From the NCBI GenBank assembly GCA_951406725.2, contig OX597820.1, positions 109,926,001 through 109,990,000 on the forward strand: a stretch of 64,000 nucleotides of DNA, read 5' to 3'. A program made the translations under genes and the position numbers. The notes below the pieces were generated by a model. It had not been told where the DNA came from. It saw only the letters and a program-made list of their open reading frames with translations, and did not search any database. Position 1 is the first letter of the stretch. Every line of letters starts with the position of its first letter. The DNA is from Octopus vulgaris. Its lineage: Eukaryota. Of this stretch, positions 36,010-49,599 are shown piece by piece.

Positions 36010-38855
36010 ATCATCATAATCATCATCATCATCGTTTAACGTCCGTTTTCTGCGCTAGCACGGGTTGGACGGTTCGACCGGGGTCTGGGAAGCCAGGGGC
36101 TGCTCCAGGCTCCAGTCTGATCTGGCAGAGTTTCTACAGCTGGATGCCCTTCCTAGCGCCAACCACTCCGCGAGTGTAGTGGGTGCTTTTTACGTGCCAC
36201 CTGCACAGGGGCCGGTGGGGTCCGGCATCGGTCACGATCGGTTCGAGCTTTGAACGTGCCAGCGGCACGGGAGCCAGCCAAGGCGGCGCTGGCAACGTTC
36301 GGATGGTCTTTTTTTATGTGCCAACGGCACAGAGGCCAGTCGGGGCGGCGCTGGCATCGGCCACGTTCGGATAGTACTTTTTACGTGCCACCGGCACAGG
36401 CATCATAACTCCTATTTCCATTGATATTTATTTCGACGTTCATGTTCATGTACTTGACTCAACAGGTCTCCTCAAGCACAGCGGGACGATCTGGGATCCG
36501 GGATACTTTGAATGGGCAGGGGCTATGTGGAACTGATGCAGGAAGCAGCCCGGGTCTTTGCAGTCACAGCATATCTCCAGAGATCTCGGTCCTTCGCCAT
36601 TGCCTCAGTGAGGCCCAACGCTCTGAGGTCATGCTTGACTACCTCATCCCATGTCTTCCTGGGTCTACCTCTCCCCCTGATACCTTCAACTGTTTGGGAG
36701 TGGCACTTCTTCACACATCTCTCTTCATCCATCCGCAGCACATGACCATACCATTGCAAGCGTCGCTCTTGCACACCACATCTGATGCTTCTTATATCCA
36801 GCATTTCTCTCAGCATTTCTGTCGTGCATGCACACTGACATTACACATCCAGCGGATCATGCTAGCTTCATTTCTTTCAAGTCTACGCATGTCCTCTGCA
36901 GTCACAGCCCATGTTTCATTACCGTGAAGCATGGCAGTTCGCACACATGCATCATACAATCTACCTTTCGCTCTGAGGGAGAGACCCTTTGTCGCCAGTA
37001 GGGGTAGGAGCTTTCTGAACTTTGCCCAGGCTATTCGTATTCTAGTGGTGATACTCTCTGTGCATCCACCTCCGCTACTAACTTGGTCACCCAGGTAGCG
37101 GAAACTATCAACTACTTCTAGTTTCTCTCCCTGGAGTGTAATGGAATCTGTTTTCTGAGTGTCTGTTGTGTCTATTGCCCCTGTGCATCTGCCGCACATG
37201 AAAGCTATCTTATCTGTTAATTTCCCTTTAATGTTGCTGCACCTCTTATGCGTCCATAGCTTACATTGGGTGCATCTTATGGAGTTTCTACCTGTACCTT
37301 TCCTACAGATTGAGCAGGGCCACCTACCCGAGGGAGTGTGTGCTGAGTACGCCTTGCTGCTTACTATTACTTTGGTCTTTGCTACATTTACTCTAAGGCC
37401 CTTTGATTCTAACCCTTGCTTCCATACCCGAAATTTCTTTTCTAGTTCCGGTAGTGATTCTGCTATGAGAGCTAGGTCATCAGCATAGAGGAGCTCCCAG
37501 GGGCATCCCGTTTTGAATTCCTCTGTTATTGCCTGGAGGACTATGATGAATAAAAGGGGACTGAGGGCTGAGCCCTGGTGCACACCTACTTCTACCCGGA
37601 ATTCTTCACTATATTCGTTGCCAATCCTAACCTTGCTGACAGCCTCTCTGTATAGAGCCTGTACAGCCCTTATTAGCCATTCGTCAATCTCCAGTTTCCG
37701 CATCGACCACCAGATAAGGGAACGGGGAACCCTGTCAAAGGCTTTTTCCAAGTCCACAAAGCTATGTAGAGGGGTTTATCTTTAGCTAGGTACTTCTCCT
37801 GCAGTTGTCGGACCAGGAATATAGCATCAGTGGTGCTTCTACCTGGCACAAAACCGAACTGCATTTCATCTAAGCAAATTCTCTCCCTAATGAGATGGGT
37901 TATGACCCTCTCTGTGACCTTCATCACCTGGTCCAACAGTTTGATACCCCTGTAGTTATTTCTATCTAGAGCATCACCCTTACCCTTGTAGCAGTTGACT
38001 ATGGTGCTGCTGCGCCAGTCATTGGGTATGACTACATTATGAACTACCTGGTTTACAATGCGGGTGACTATGCCATAGCCCACATAGCCAGCTGTTTTAA
38101 GCATCTCAGCAGTGATTCCTGATGGGCCGGGGGCTTTACCTGGTTTCATATCCTTAATTGCCTTATCTACAAGGGAGCTGTCTATTCGGGTAGCTGGTCC
38201 CTCTACTGGGTCAACATTTGGCAGGCTCTCCTCCTCCCATTCATTCTCCTCGTTCAGCAGTCTTTCATAATGACTTCTCCAAGCCTCTTTCTTTTCACTA
38301 ACAGTAAAAGCAAAGAGCGACCCTGCATCCCGCTGTCTGGTGAGGATGAAGTCTATTTGGCTAGCGGAGTCTCCTGACTGATAGGTTATAAGGTGGCAGA
38401 CAGGCTTCTTGAAGTTAGTGTTGCAGATTGAAAGGTTACATGCATCACAGAATTCCAGCAGTCTAGTTCCCTCATCATTTCTGGTGCCAATACCATGGCC
38501 ACCGTGTACCCCAGTGAAGATACCCGATTCCCGCCCAACATGCCCATTAAAATCTCCACCCACAAAGATGAGGTCCTTGCCACTAGTCTTTGAAGTAGCC
38601 TGTAGAAGGGTATCATAAAAGTTGTCCTTCTGATCATTTGGTAGTCCCGCTTGTGGGGCATAGGCGAAGATAATCGTAGCTGTGCCACTCTGTAGGACCA
38701 ACCTGAGCTTAAGCACTCTATCGCAAACCCTGACAACCTCTATGACCTTATCCACCCATTTCTCCGCAAGGAGAATGCCTACACCCCCTACACCTTCCAC
38801 GTTACCTTGCCAGAAGAGTTTGTACCTAAGTGCCTTGCCTGTGAGGACCCTAGCT
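36010..38855 (-). mobile_element. RTE-clade LINE, 5'-truncated, with 3'UTR and tail
   Basis: ORFs 37673..38800 (APE GVGILL, YAPQ, GDFNGHVG; RT start), 36810..37757 (YADD) and 36523..36816 (RLQWYGHV, RGRPRKTW). About 570 nt are deleted near 38312 relative to the 28-kb copy. Confidence 0.92.
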
Positions 38856-39679
38856 TATATTATTTGATTGAATGCCACACATCCATTACCAAGTAAGTTT
38901 ATCGTAATCATTTTGATGCTACTCTACCCTATACTGTTCTCTCTCCCCCTTTTGTTTTCTCTCTCATCGTTTCTCTAATTCCTTTTTCCTCTTTCTCCAT
39001 TTTTATCTGTCTCTCTCTCCCCCTCTTTCTCCTTTAATCTCTCTCATTGCTCACACGTGACCATCATCCATTTTTCTTTTCCCTACATGATCACCTTTCT
39101 TTTCTTTCAGGGCTGTCCTAGAGATTGGACGTATCCTATCTCTCTCTCTCTCTCTTCTGTCTTTTCTCTTGCCAAAGAAAATATTTCTCCAGCGTTCACT
39201 ATTTTACCTTCGTCTCGTCTAACGACCCTCCATGTTTGTTGTCATTCAGTTTCCTTGTATATCTCCACTGTTCTGCTTTTGTTACCAACTTTGACCCTCC
39301 ATAAAATCCCAAATTTTATTTTGGCTTTTGAGGGAGCAACTGCCTTTGAAGACTCATATTGTTGTTCAATGCTCGAAATGAGTAGATAGGCAGCCGACAA
39401 CTGATGAAGGGTCGTTTTTTATGTTACTTCCCCTGTTTTCCATTTGTCTCTCTTGTTGTTTGCGTATTCAACTTATTTGTTTTCGTATTTCATGTTGTTT
39501 ACTGTTTGTGACGTTCAGTACCCATATATGCATGTGTGTATATATATATATATATACAAAAAAAATATATATGTATATATTTGTATATATATATTATTTA
39601 TATATATATATATAACAAAGATGGAGTAATGATAAAGACAGAAGCCTGGTTGAGAAATTTTCAATTGAGGTATTTATTG

Positions 39680-41680
39680 TCTACATTTACAAGGAAAGAT
39701 ATTACAACGAATGACCAAATTGTGGAGAGTTGGGATATTGGTTTTCTTCATGTGACTGTGGAGACAGACAAGAAAATTCAGTTGTCGATCAGCAGTCAAG
39801 TCAACAAGCCATTCTTTCAATGTTTTCTGTGTGTGCTCTTCCAGCACTCTGTGTGACAGCTTGAGATGAGGTGCTTTTATAGCAAAAAATCTGAGATGAG
39901 GTGCTTTTATAGCAAAAAATCAGCTCAGAGAGACAACTCTAAAAGCTAGAATCTCTGTAGGAGGTCGGCTCTAGGCAGTATCCTACTTGGTCAGAATTTC
40001 TTTATTCTTGCCAATTGTGACATTGGATGTAGTGACTAAATATTACTGCTACGTGACTCCTCTGCCAGTGAAAATGGTGATTTTGAATGAAATAAGAATA
40101 GTGCAGTTGGGAAGTGTATAATACAGTGCTGTCTTCTACATGAAGTACTGTATAAAGTTTATACTGAAAAAGTCTCTAAAGGTTTGTATTGAAAAAAACT
40201 CTGCAAAAAACCAGGAATGCAAAAATAACAGAAATACTTTTTCTTTTTTGACTGACATGCAGCAGAAATCAGAATTGTGGTTAAGAGCATAATTGTAAAA
40301 ATTCTAGGAAAAAAGAACAGATACATGTATAAATAGAGGACAAAAAAAAACAAAAAACAAATATGTAAAGTCAGTGTATTATTGACAGGAATGTCTTGTT
40401 TTTACTTACTGTACTGCACAAGTTGAGATGGTCAGTGCATTCACCGGCCTGCAGATGAATATGCTAATGGTATTGCATCAGCTGGTGGGGTTGATATTTC
40501 AGATTTGAGGTGAGTTTTCTTTAGGCAGCTGATGCTGACTCAGTTTTTTCTGCCTTTGATATCAAGGACGAAATATTTTGATATTCTATTTATAACTTGG
40601 AATGGTCCTGAATATGGTGACTAAAGTGAAGTTCATTGTTGAATATCAGATGGATAGTTGATGGTGATATTTTGAGAATGCAGAGCAATAGATGGTAAAG
40701 TTGCTATATAGTCCCGCAGGTGATGAATATAGTTTGCTGGATCTTGGCAGTCCTTGGAAGCAACAGGAATGATCATTTGTTCACATAACATAAGAGTTGT
40801 GTCATACTCCAGTTTGGCTGGAGTAGTGCCAATTTCTTCTTTCACAGTGGAATAAATTTCAAGAAGAATGAGGAGTAGGTATCCCAACCATTTGCTATTT
40901 GTGTTGGTAAATTCTGAGAATAGATTTCAGTTGTCGGTGGAACCATTCCACCATACCATTGGCTGCAGGATGGTAAACAGTTGTTGGTGGTCTTTATCAT
41001 CCTAGGATGATAAAGACATGTCAATTCTGAGAAAAGATTAGATTCGAACTGATGTTCGCTGTCTGTTATAACGGTGGCATGTATACCAAAATGTGCTATC
41101 CAATGTTGCTGTAATGCTTTAGATACTGTTTCTGCTGTGGTATCTTGAAAAGCGATGGATTCAGGCCACCGAGAAAAGTGGTCCACACAAGTCAAAAGAT
41201 ATATGTAATTTTGAGATAGTAGCAGTGGTCCGACGATGTCAACATGTACATGTTGAAAACATGCATCTGGCATTGACAAAGTTCCTAGAAGTGATTTGAT
41301 GCGACAATGAGCTTTCGCTTTCTGACAAGGGATGCAACTCTTGGCCTATCCCCTGACATTTTTGTTGATTCCAGTCCACACAAATTAGACAGTGATCAAC
41401 TTCAGGGCCAAATTCGCTCCAGGATACAAGAGATTGTACAGAGCAGATAAACCTAAATACTTGTACTTCTTTGGAACATAGGGACGTGCATGACCCATAT
41501 AGAGATGTTTCACCAAATGTAACCAGGAGAAGAGGTTAGAAAAAGAGGTTTGAAAGAGAAAGTGAGAAAAGGAAGAATTTCAACGTTTGAGAAGTTCATC
41601 ATTTTCCTGGTCGGCAGCTAGCTATTGGAGATTGATAGAGGCAGCAGTGTGTAGTGCACTGATGTGAAACACCAATGTCC
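39680..41680 (-). pseudogene. Gypsy (CsRn1-like) integrase fragment with probable 3' LTR remnant
   Basis: FQHVHVDIVGPL..YLLTCVDHFSRWPE..WIAHFG..ITDS..QFES; a PPT-like purine run on the minus strand near 40055-40067. Confidence 0.75.
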
Positions 41681-42029
41681 ATGAATCCTAAGTGGGATTG
41701 AGGATGAGTTATCTCACCTGTCCATGACAGGTGTTTTAACACCGGCAACATGTGGGTTTATATACTCTGCTATGCCACTGCAGCCACCAGAAAATACACA
41801 AAACATAAACATTTGTATATCTATTTAATAATGCTGCTTTTACTTCATATATAAATTTTCTCTTGGATATGCAATTTCCAGGCGTACCAGCTCATGATTT
41901 TACAAGCCATGAGCATATAAGTCACGGACTGGCTAGGTAATTCACCTTCAACCGAAGAGGGTGCATAAGGCTGACAAACCACAAAAATGGTGAAACATCG
42001 ATGTCCATCACTCCCGAATGGGAGTGAGA

Positions 42030-43145
42030 CAAAGTTCAGAGACTTCCTACCTCTGCAGGTAACAAAGGGCCTCTCTCTCTCTCTCAGAGTGAAAGGCAGA
42101 CTGTATGATACCCATGAGTAAACAGCCATGCTACATGGAAGTGAAATATGGTCTGTGACTGCTGAGGACATGCGTAGGCTCATAAGAAATGAAGCTAGTA
42201 TACTTCACTGGGTGTGTAATGTCAGTGTGCATGCACGACAGAGTGTAAGCATCCTGGGAGAAAAGTTGGACATAAGAGGCATCAGATGTGGTGTGCAAGA
42301 GAGATGACTGTGCTGTGTATGGATGAGGACAGCTGTGTGAAGAAGTGCTGAACTCTAATGGTGGAGGGAACATGTGGAAGAGGTAGACCAAGGAAGACAT
42401 GGTGGTGAAGCATGATCTTCAAATGTTGGGCCTCATGGAGGCAATGATTAGTGACCAAGACTTTGGCAATATACTGTGCTTGAGTAGACCTGTCAAGCCA
42501 AGTGAAATCATAGTGATGGCTGATGCCAGTGCCGTCTGACTGGCACCCATGCTAGTGGCACGTAAAAAGCACCGTTCAAGCAGTGGACCTGACAGAAACA
42601 GTGACAGGTGACCAAGACCTTTGGTGATATAACGTGCTTATGAAAATCTGTCAAGCCAAGTAAGATCATAGTCATGACTGCTGGTATCATCAATGGCATG
42701 TAAAAAGCAACCACTACAATCTTGGAGTGGTTGATGTTAGGAAGGGCATCTAACTGTAAAAACCATGCCAAATCAGATTGCAATCTGGTGATCTCCACCT
42801 GTATCATCTCTTGTGAAAGGTAGGAGAGTCCAGTTTGCTGGACATTGTTGTAGAGCTGAAAACAAGGTAATTTCTACTCTTCTCCTCTGGAAGCCATCTG
42901 CTTGCGATACCAGAGGGCACACACTCTCCTACCCTGATGTAATCTCCAGGGATACAGGCATCCAGCAACAGGACCTCCATAATGCTATGATGGACTGTGA
43001 AGTCTGGCGTAACACAGTAAATTCCATTGTCTCGACCACGGTCGAACAATGATGATGATGGTGATCTCCACAGCTTACCAGTTGTCAGCCAAACTGTCCA
43101 ACCCATGCCAGCATGGAAAGCAGATGTTAAATGATGATGATGACG
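42030..43145 (+). mobile_element. RTE 3' fragment with 3'UTR, interrupted by a second RTE-type 3' end (~42805-43060)
   Basis: LSLRVKGRLYD remnant; nested RRVQFAGHCCRA..LLLWKP ending in (GAT)n. Confidence 0.75.
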
Positions 43146-43620
43146 ATGAAAAAAATAATAAAATGACCTTGAAGAAGCTCTCTTGATGGACACCAAAACC
43201 ATCTTGCTTACAATGATGTCATCTTAAATGGTATGTGAATATTGTTAGACAGCAATATACAGTTCGTTGGAGAATTCATTTACTTTATTTTCCAGTCATA
43301 TTAGCTGGGCACAGTGTGTGTTAGCTAACCATGCACACACACATATCAATTAAGAAATGAGAGGATGGATTTGGTATTAAACTTTATTATGTGCAATATT
43401 CATTTTGTGTGTGTGTGTTTGTACAGATATACATATATATGAGTGTGACTGTGTGGGGGTGTATGTGTGCATGTCTGCGTATATGTGCATGTATGAGTGT
43501 CACACATGTATATGTAGGTGCATGCATGTGCCTCTGTGTGTGTGCCCATGTGTGTAGGAAGGCGCGAGCATGTATACGTCTCTGTATATCTGTGTGTATG
43601 CGCATAAATATATATATGTA

Positions 43621-46600
43621 TGTTATAAACCCAAACTGGAATATCTAAGTTTAAAAGGTTTTAATCAACTAAAAATATAGCAAACTACAATACAAAGATT
43701 GCTAAATTGTAAGCAAAACCAAACTTCAACACAATAACAGTTTTATGCTGTGAGTTGCTACAGTCTCGACTAATTAAAAACCAACACTGAACATGTCGTG
43801 CCGCAAACAGAACAGAACTCCGCACAGCAATTGAGACAATCAAAATCACATGATCAAAACTAAAATCACCCCCCCCCCCCAAAGAACAAGAACAATTAAC
43901 CAATAAAATGCAAAATACAAACATAAAATGAGCCAATCTTGACAACGTAATAACGAGGCATTTCAGAAGCATATCACATCATCAATCATAAATTTAACGT
44001 CTCTGAAATGGTTTTTGTTCTGGATGAACGCCAGTGCAAAGTAGTTTGAGGTTCTGGTTCTTGAGCTGGTCTAGGTGGGACAGAATCACTCATGGTATCT
44101 GAAAAACCACCACGGTGTTCATGCACTTGAGTATGATCAGTCTCAGCAACATCAGTTTGATCCTTACTTAACTGATACTCCTCAGTCATTTTGCCAGTAG
44201 GGGCTAAATCTCTAATGGACACAGTACTTTCACGTCCATCTGGGTACTGCACCCTCCCGTGGTTAGGGTTAATCTGTACCAATTGGGTTTCATCTACTAA
44301 TTGCATACATACAGTTTAACAAACACTTTGCCAGGTCCTTGCATTAACCAAGTAGGAACAGAAACACTGCACATAGAATATCTAGGAAATTTAAAGAATC
44401 TCTCATGTGGGGTTTCATTAGTTACTGTGCATAATAATGAACATTGTGAATGTAAAACTTCTGGAAGCACGACTTTCCATTGAGAAACTGGTAAATTTCT
44501 GCTACATAAGGCCAATTTAATGGAATTCTATATTACTCCATTATACCTTTCACATTGCGCATTTCCACGAGGATTGTACACAGTAGAATGAGTAATCGCT
44601 ACACCCCTATCATACAGAAATTGTTTAAGTTCTTTGGATATAAAACATTTAGCATTATCACTATAAATAACAGCAGGAAATCCGAAAAGATTAAACAAAA
44701 CCTTCAAATTACTAGTAACAGAATGAGCACTAGTATCAGTGTAGGGAAAAATAAACGAAAAACGTGAATACTCATCCACAACAGTTAAAAAATAATGGTT
44801 CTTTGACACTGAAGGTAGGGGTCCTTTAAAATCAAGATTCAATCTTTTTAAAGCTTGAGTAGATTTAATTCCTGATGAAACAGAGGTTTTAGTAAAGTGA
44901 GGCTTCACTTCACAACATATTACACAATTGTTAGTTATACGCACTACATCATCTACTGAGAATGGTAAATTGTTAACTTTAATATAATGAAACAACCGTG
45001 TGATCCCAGGATGACACAGCACTGCATGAACAGGTTACAGTTCATTACCAGTCGTAGCTGCTCAATAGGTACGCGATAAAGCATCAGATGCAACATTAAA
45101 CTTGCCTTGTGGTAAATGATATCAAATTTATACTGGGCTAGTTCGATTCGTCAATGCATTATCTTTTCATTTTTAGGTTTACTGCGCTTTTGACAATTAA
45201 ACATAAAAGCAACACTGTTTTGATCAGTGTGAAGTTATGTCCAAGAAGAAAATGAGACCATTTTCTCACAGATTCTACAATCGCTGTCACCTCTTTTTCA
45301 ATACAAGAATAACAACACTCACTTGGGTTGAGGGTTCTTGAAAAAAATGCAACTGGCTTTCCATTTTGGTGTATAATGCCAGATATAGCTACCTCTGATG
45401 TGTCTGTTTCTATTGAAAAAGGAAGGCTTTTATCTGCTAAATCATCTCATAAAGTTTTTAAACTAGACAAGGCTCTTTCACTCAAAGGAAAATATTTAGT
45501 ATCAACCAACAGTTTTATCTTGTCAGAGAATTTTGGAATCCACTTGGAATAATACGCAAATAGACCAACAATTCAACTCAATGCTTTGTGCGTACTAGGA
45601 ATAGGTAGTTCTAGTAAGGGCTTTCACCCGGTCAGGGTCAGGTTTCAAGTTACCATTTTGAATTTCATAGCCAAGCAATCGAATCTGTGTAGTGCTGTAA
45701 ATGTATTTGGCATCATTAAAAGTTAAATTACAGTCTTTAGCAACTTGAAGAAAATGTTTTAAATTTCGATCATGTTCTTCCTCCGATTTACCACACAGTT
45801 ATGTTGTCGATATGCAAAAGTAACTCTACAATTATGGCTTTCGATTATATTATCGATCACTCTGGAAACAGGGCACTGCATTTATAAGTCTGAAAGCAAT
45901 ACGTTTGCGTTGATATAATTTTCCTTGTGCTTTGAAAGTCGTTCTTCAACTAGAATCTCAACTTGATGATACGCACTTTTGAGATCCAGTGTGCTAAAAT
46001 AATTAAATTGAGCTGTTTTTGTGACCACGTCATGCATATTTGGCAGTGGATATCTATCTAATTGTGTAAACTTATTTATAGTCCTCACTATAATCAATAC
46101 ACAGTGTCTTGCAATGATTTTCTCCTGATATTACCAATACCTGGGCTCACCGGGGAGAAACACTGGGTTCAGTTACCCCTTCTGCCAGATCTCGGCTTTT
46201 AGTATCAGCAATAAATTTTTCATTATTAGTGGACTGATTTCGTAACTATGGGTTTACAGTCAGAGTTTTAATTTTCAAACAACTTTGTGTGTAATGTCAC
46301 TTTTAATGCAATTTAGAGCTCCCAAATGTAACGAGGGGGGTGTGCCATCAAAGGTAATTTTTACATGTTGATGCTGTTTTAAGAAATTTTGCCCTAAAAT
46401 TATATCTACAAACAAATTATCAAATACCACCTGCTTTACCTGCTCGTAAATTATTCCTTGAAGTTCAATTGAACTCAAACAATAACTGTCGCTTTGGGAA
46501 CGATTTCTATTGACAGCTATGTTAATTTCATTCCTTTTGGACTTCACCACCAATTTGTTTTTCTTTGCAAAGTCTTTGCTAATATGATTCATAGTAGATC

Positions 46601-47785
46601 CGGTATCAATCAAAGCAAATGCTTTCGTGCCATCAACTATTATTGTATAATTAACTTTAGTAGTAGCCCCACCTTCACATAAAACCATGGCAAAGTTGCC
46701 ATCATCAAGAGCTTCTGATGTCTTATTGAAATTTTTGCGGTTACTTGACTGGCATTCTTTAGCAAAATGACCAAAATATCCACTTTCCCCGCCTAGCGGG
46801 ACACTTAAACCTCGGATGAAAATCATTAGATCCACAAAAGGGGCAGGAGTTTTGAGTTCATTTTGTTGCTGCACAAGCTGTGTTTCCGTCAGGAATTGAG
46901 ATTTTGTCTTCTTCACGTGGAATAAACATTGACAAACAGCTTCCCTGGCTGTTTATAGCAGTTTGACTGCTTTTATACACTTCGGAATTACTTTGAGCAA
47001 CTTCCAGCATGCGAGCTTGGTTAAATATAGCTTCTAAAATTATCACCGCATCTTGAATATTTTCTAAAAGTCTAAGGTGAGTTGAAGATGATGTTAATTC
47101 CGAGATAAATGCATCACGGACAGATTCATTTTGTGTGTCTCAGCGTCCACTGCTCTGTACCTGCAATCTTTAGCTAGTCGTTTCAATTTCTGTAAATAGT
47201 CATCAACTGATTGACCTGGTTCTTGTTTGTATGTCATTAAAAGGTGTCATGCAAAAATAACGTTCAAGGGTTTCAGTTTGAATTGCTTCTGCGTAATTCT
47301 CACATTCGCTTATGAGTTCATAAACGTCTTTATCTATGGGCACTATTAAACACCTAAGCTTGCTTTCATCAGTGATAGCTGGTTCAGCAGGAAATGATTC
47401 TAAAAAATTTATAAAAGTTCTGAACCAATATTTCCATTCTTTTGAAGCTTGACTTAAACTTGGATCAGCAGTGAACAAATTTGGTTTTATAAATTTGCTG
47501 TCCATTCTCTCTCTCTAGCTATTTCTAGTTGATTAAATTGTTATAAACCCAAACTGGAATATCTAAGTTTAAAAGGTTTTAATCAACTAAAAATACAGCA
47601 ATCTACAATACAAAGATTGCTAAATTGTAAGAAAAGCCTAACTTCAACACAATAACAGTTTTATGCTGTAAGTTGCTACAGTCTCGACTAACTAAAAACC
47701 AACACTGAACACATCATGCCGCAAACAGAACAGAACTCCATGCAGCTGCACTGCAGGCAAATAACAGCAGTTGAGACAATCAAAT
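43621..47785 (-). mobile_element. Degenerate Gypsy LTR retrotransposon with two LTR copies (43621-~43865 and 47539-~47785)
   Basis: Direct repeats start tgttataaacccaaactgg. Gag MDSKFIKP..KEWKYWFRTF, protease ALIDTGST, RT YPLPNM..LDLKSAYHQ, RNase H IETDTSEVAI, integrase HPGITRL..DFKGPLP..VVDEYSRF. A G-rich PPT lies at 43869-43880 on the minus strand. Confidence 0.92.
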
Positions 47786-47789
47786 AACA

Positions 47790-48110
47790 GCAGTCGAGAC
47801 ACTCACCGTCTTGTCTGCAGTGCCTGTCCTCAATTTCTGCCAAATGGCTATCCGGCCTGGCCCACAATCAACCATGGAGAGATATGTCCCCTGCCAGTAG
47901 TGTGTTACATCCACTGCTAATCGTCTCCAGTTGTGCTCTACCGAAACGTTTCCCTGCTCATGCACACCCAGAGCAGGGTTGGTGGATTGACACCTGTCAC
48001 AGTTCCTGACCACATTCTGGATGCTCTATCAGGTAACATTGGTGTCAATCCTCCTTGCGAGACACAGCGTCCTATCCATGCCCATATGATTCAGGGCTAC
48101 GGGCAGTGTA
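47790..48110 (-). pseudogene. Integrase zinc-finger/core fragment of another LTR element
   Basis: HMGMDRTL..VRNCDRCQS..WRRLAVDVTHY..YLSMVDCG. Confidence 0.7.
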
Positions 48111-48114
48111 GATA

Positions 48115-49300
48115 GTATGTAGGGTGAAGTGGTCAGCCATGAGTTGAGACTGAGTCTTGAAGTCATAGTCATCACTGCAGAGCCTGTGTAGATGGAGGAT
48201 TTGGGAGTATGGGATGGAGAGCGTGGTGTGGGTAAGGTGGGAGGAGAAGTTAAGGTATGAGTGTGAGTCAGTGTGTTTGTAGTGGGTAGAGGTAATGAGA
48301 GCGGAGTGGTGTATGCTGACAGAAATATCAAGAAATTTGATGGAAGAGTTAGGGATAGTGCAGGAGAATTTGAGGGCAGGATGGAATGTTTGGACAAAAG
48401 AGAGGAAAGTGTCCAGATGTTCACGAGAGAGTGAGGTCACGTCAATACAGTCAAAGATATAATGACTGTATAGCTCAGGAGTGGGACCAGTGAATTGTGA
48501 GAATATTTGGGCTTCAACACAGCCAACAAATAGGTTCACATAGTTGGGTTCATCCTCATTCCCATGGCCACTCCTGAAGGCCTTCGTTGTGTGGGATCAC
48601 CGTATACAAAGATTTAATGGCGTGAGTGAACAGAAGTTGAGAGGGGACTGAAGGGAAAGAGAAAGAGTTAAACAGACGGAGAACATGATTGGTGTTGTGA
48701 ATGTGTGAGGGGAGGGAAGCCACTTGGGGTGCAAGGACACAGTTGAGGTATTTGGAGATCATTTCAGTGGGGAAATCTATGGCGAAGACAATGGGGCATC
48801 CAGGGTTGTTGGGTTTGTGAATTTTGGGAAGGAAATAAATAGTAGAGATGCGTGGGGTACAGACAATGAGACTGGAGACAGTGGGAGGGAGACAGAAGAA
48901 AATGAGGTCATGAATAGTGGAGGACACAGTCTGTTGGTAGTTAGGCATGGGGTTGGAGAGCAGAGGGCAATAGAAGGTGGTGTCTTGAAGTTGACGGAAA
49001 GCTTCAGCCCTGTAAAGGTCTGCACACCACACTACTACAGGTCCATCCTCGTCAGCTGGTTTGATGATGATATCTTTGTGGCATTGGAGACATTGAGGGC
49101 TGAGAGTTTGGTCAGGGAGATGTTGATGATGAAGAAGGAAGTGGTGTATGGGAGGGTGGGAATGAGGATGAGAGAGGAGTGGCTGTAGTGGCACTGGGTG
49201 GGACAAGGTGAAAGAGTGAGTGGAATTTATGTTGTTCAGTGCGAGCAAGAAAGTCATGGAGGAGGTGGTTTAGGTGGAAGCGTAAAGTGGAACATGCAAC
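48115..49300 (-). pseudogene. Penelope-like reverse transcriptase fragment
   Basis: IIIKPAD..VVV, YFLPKIHKPNNPG.PIV, KSLYTVIPH.EG, YIFDCI (degenerate YxDD), FLDISV, YKHTDSHSYL. Confidence 0.85.
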
Positions 49301-49599
49301 AGATGGTGAGCAAGATATTCATTGGCATCCCCCACTTCAAGTAGTCTACCTCAGTTCTTTATAGTTAGAGCAAAACAATGAAATAATAAAACAGAAGTTA
49401 CTTTAGAAACACAAGTGCAAAACAAAAGCAAAAGAACAACCAAAATATGCATTGAACACAGAATAAATGCTGAGATAATGTTCATGTAACAATGATAAGT
49501 TCAAAGCTATGCAAACAGTTCTGTAGTTTTACTGTTTTTTAAACAACTGTAAAAAAAATGGGGTTTGTTTTAGTTAACAGAAGTAAGTCCAAATGTATT

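Noticed and set aside
39862-39921. 30-bp tandem duplication (similar short ones at ~34111 and ~63697)
   Set aside because: Ordinary slippage duplications with no further structure.
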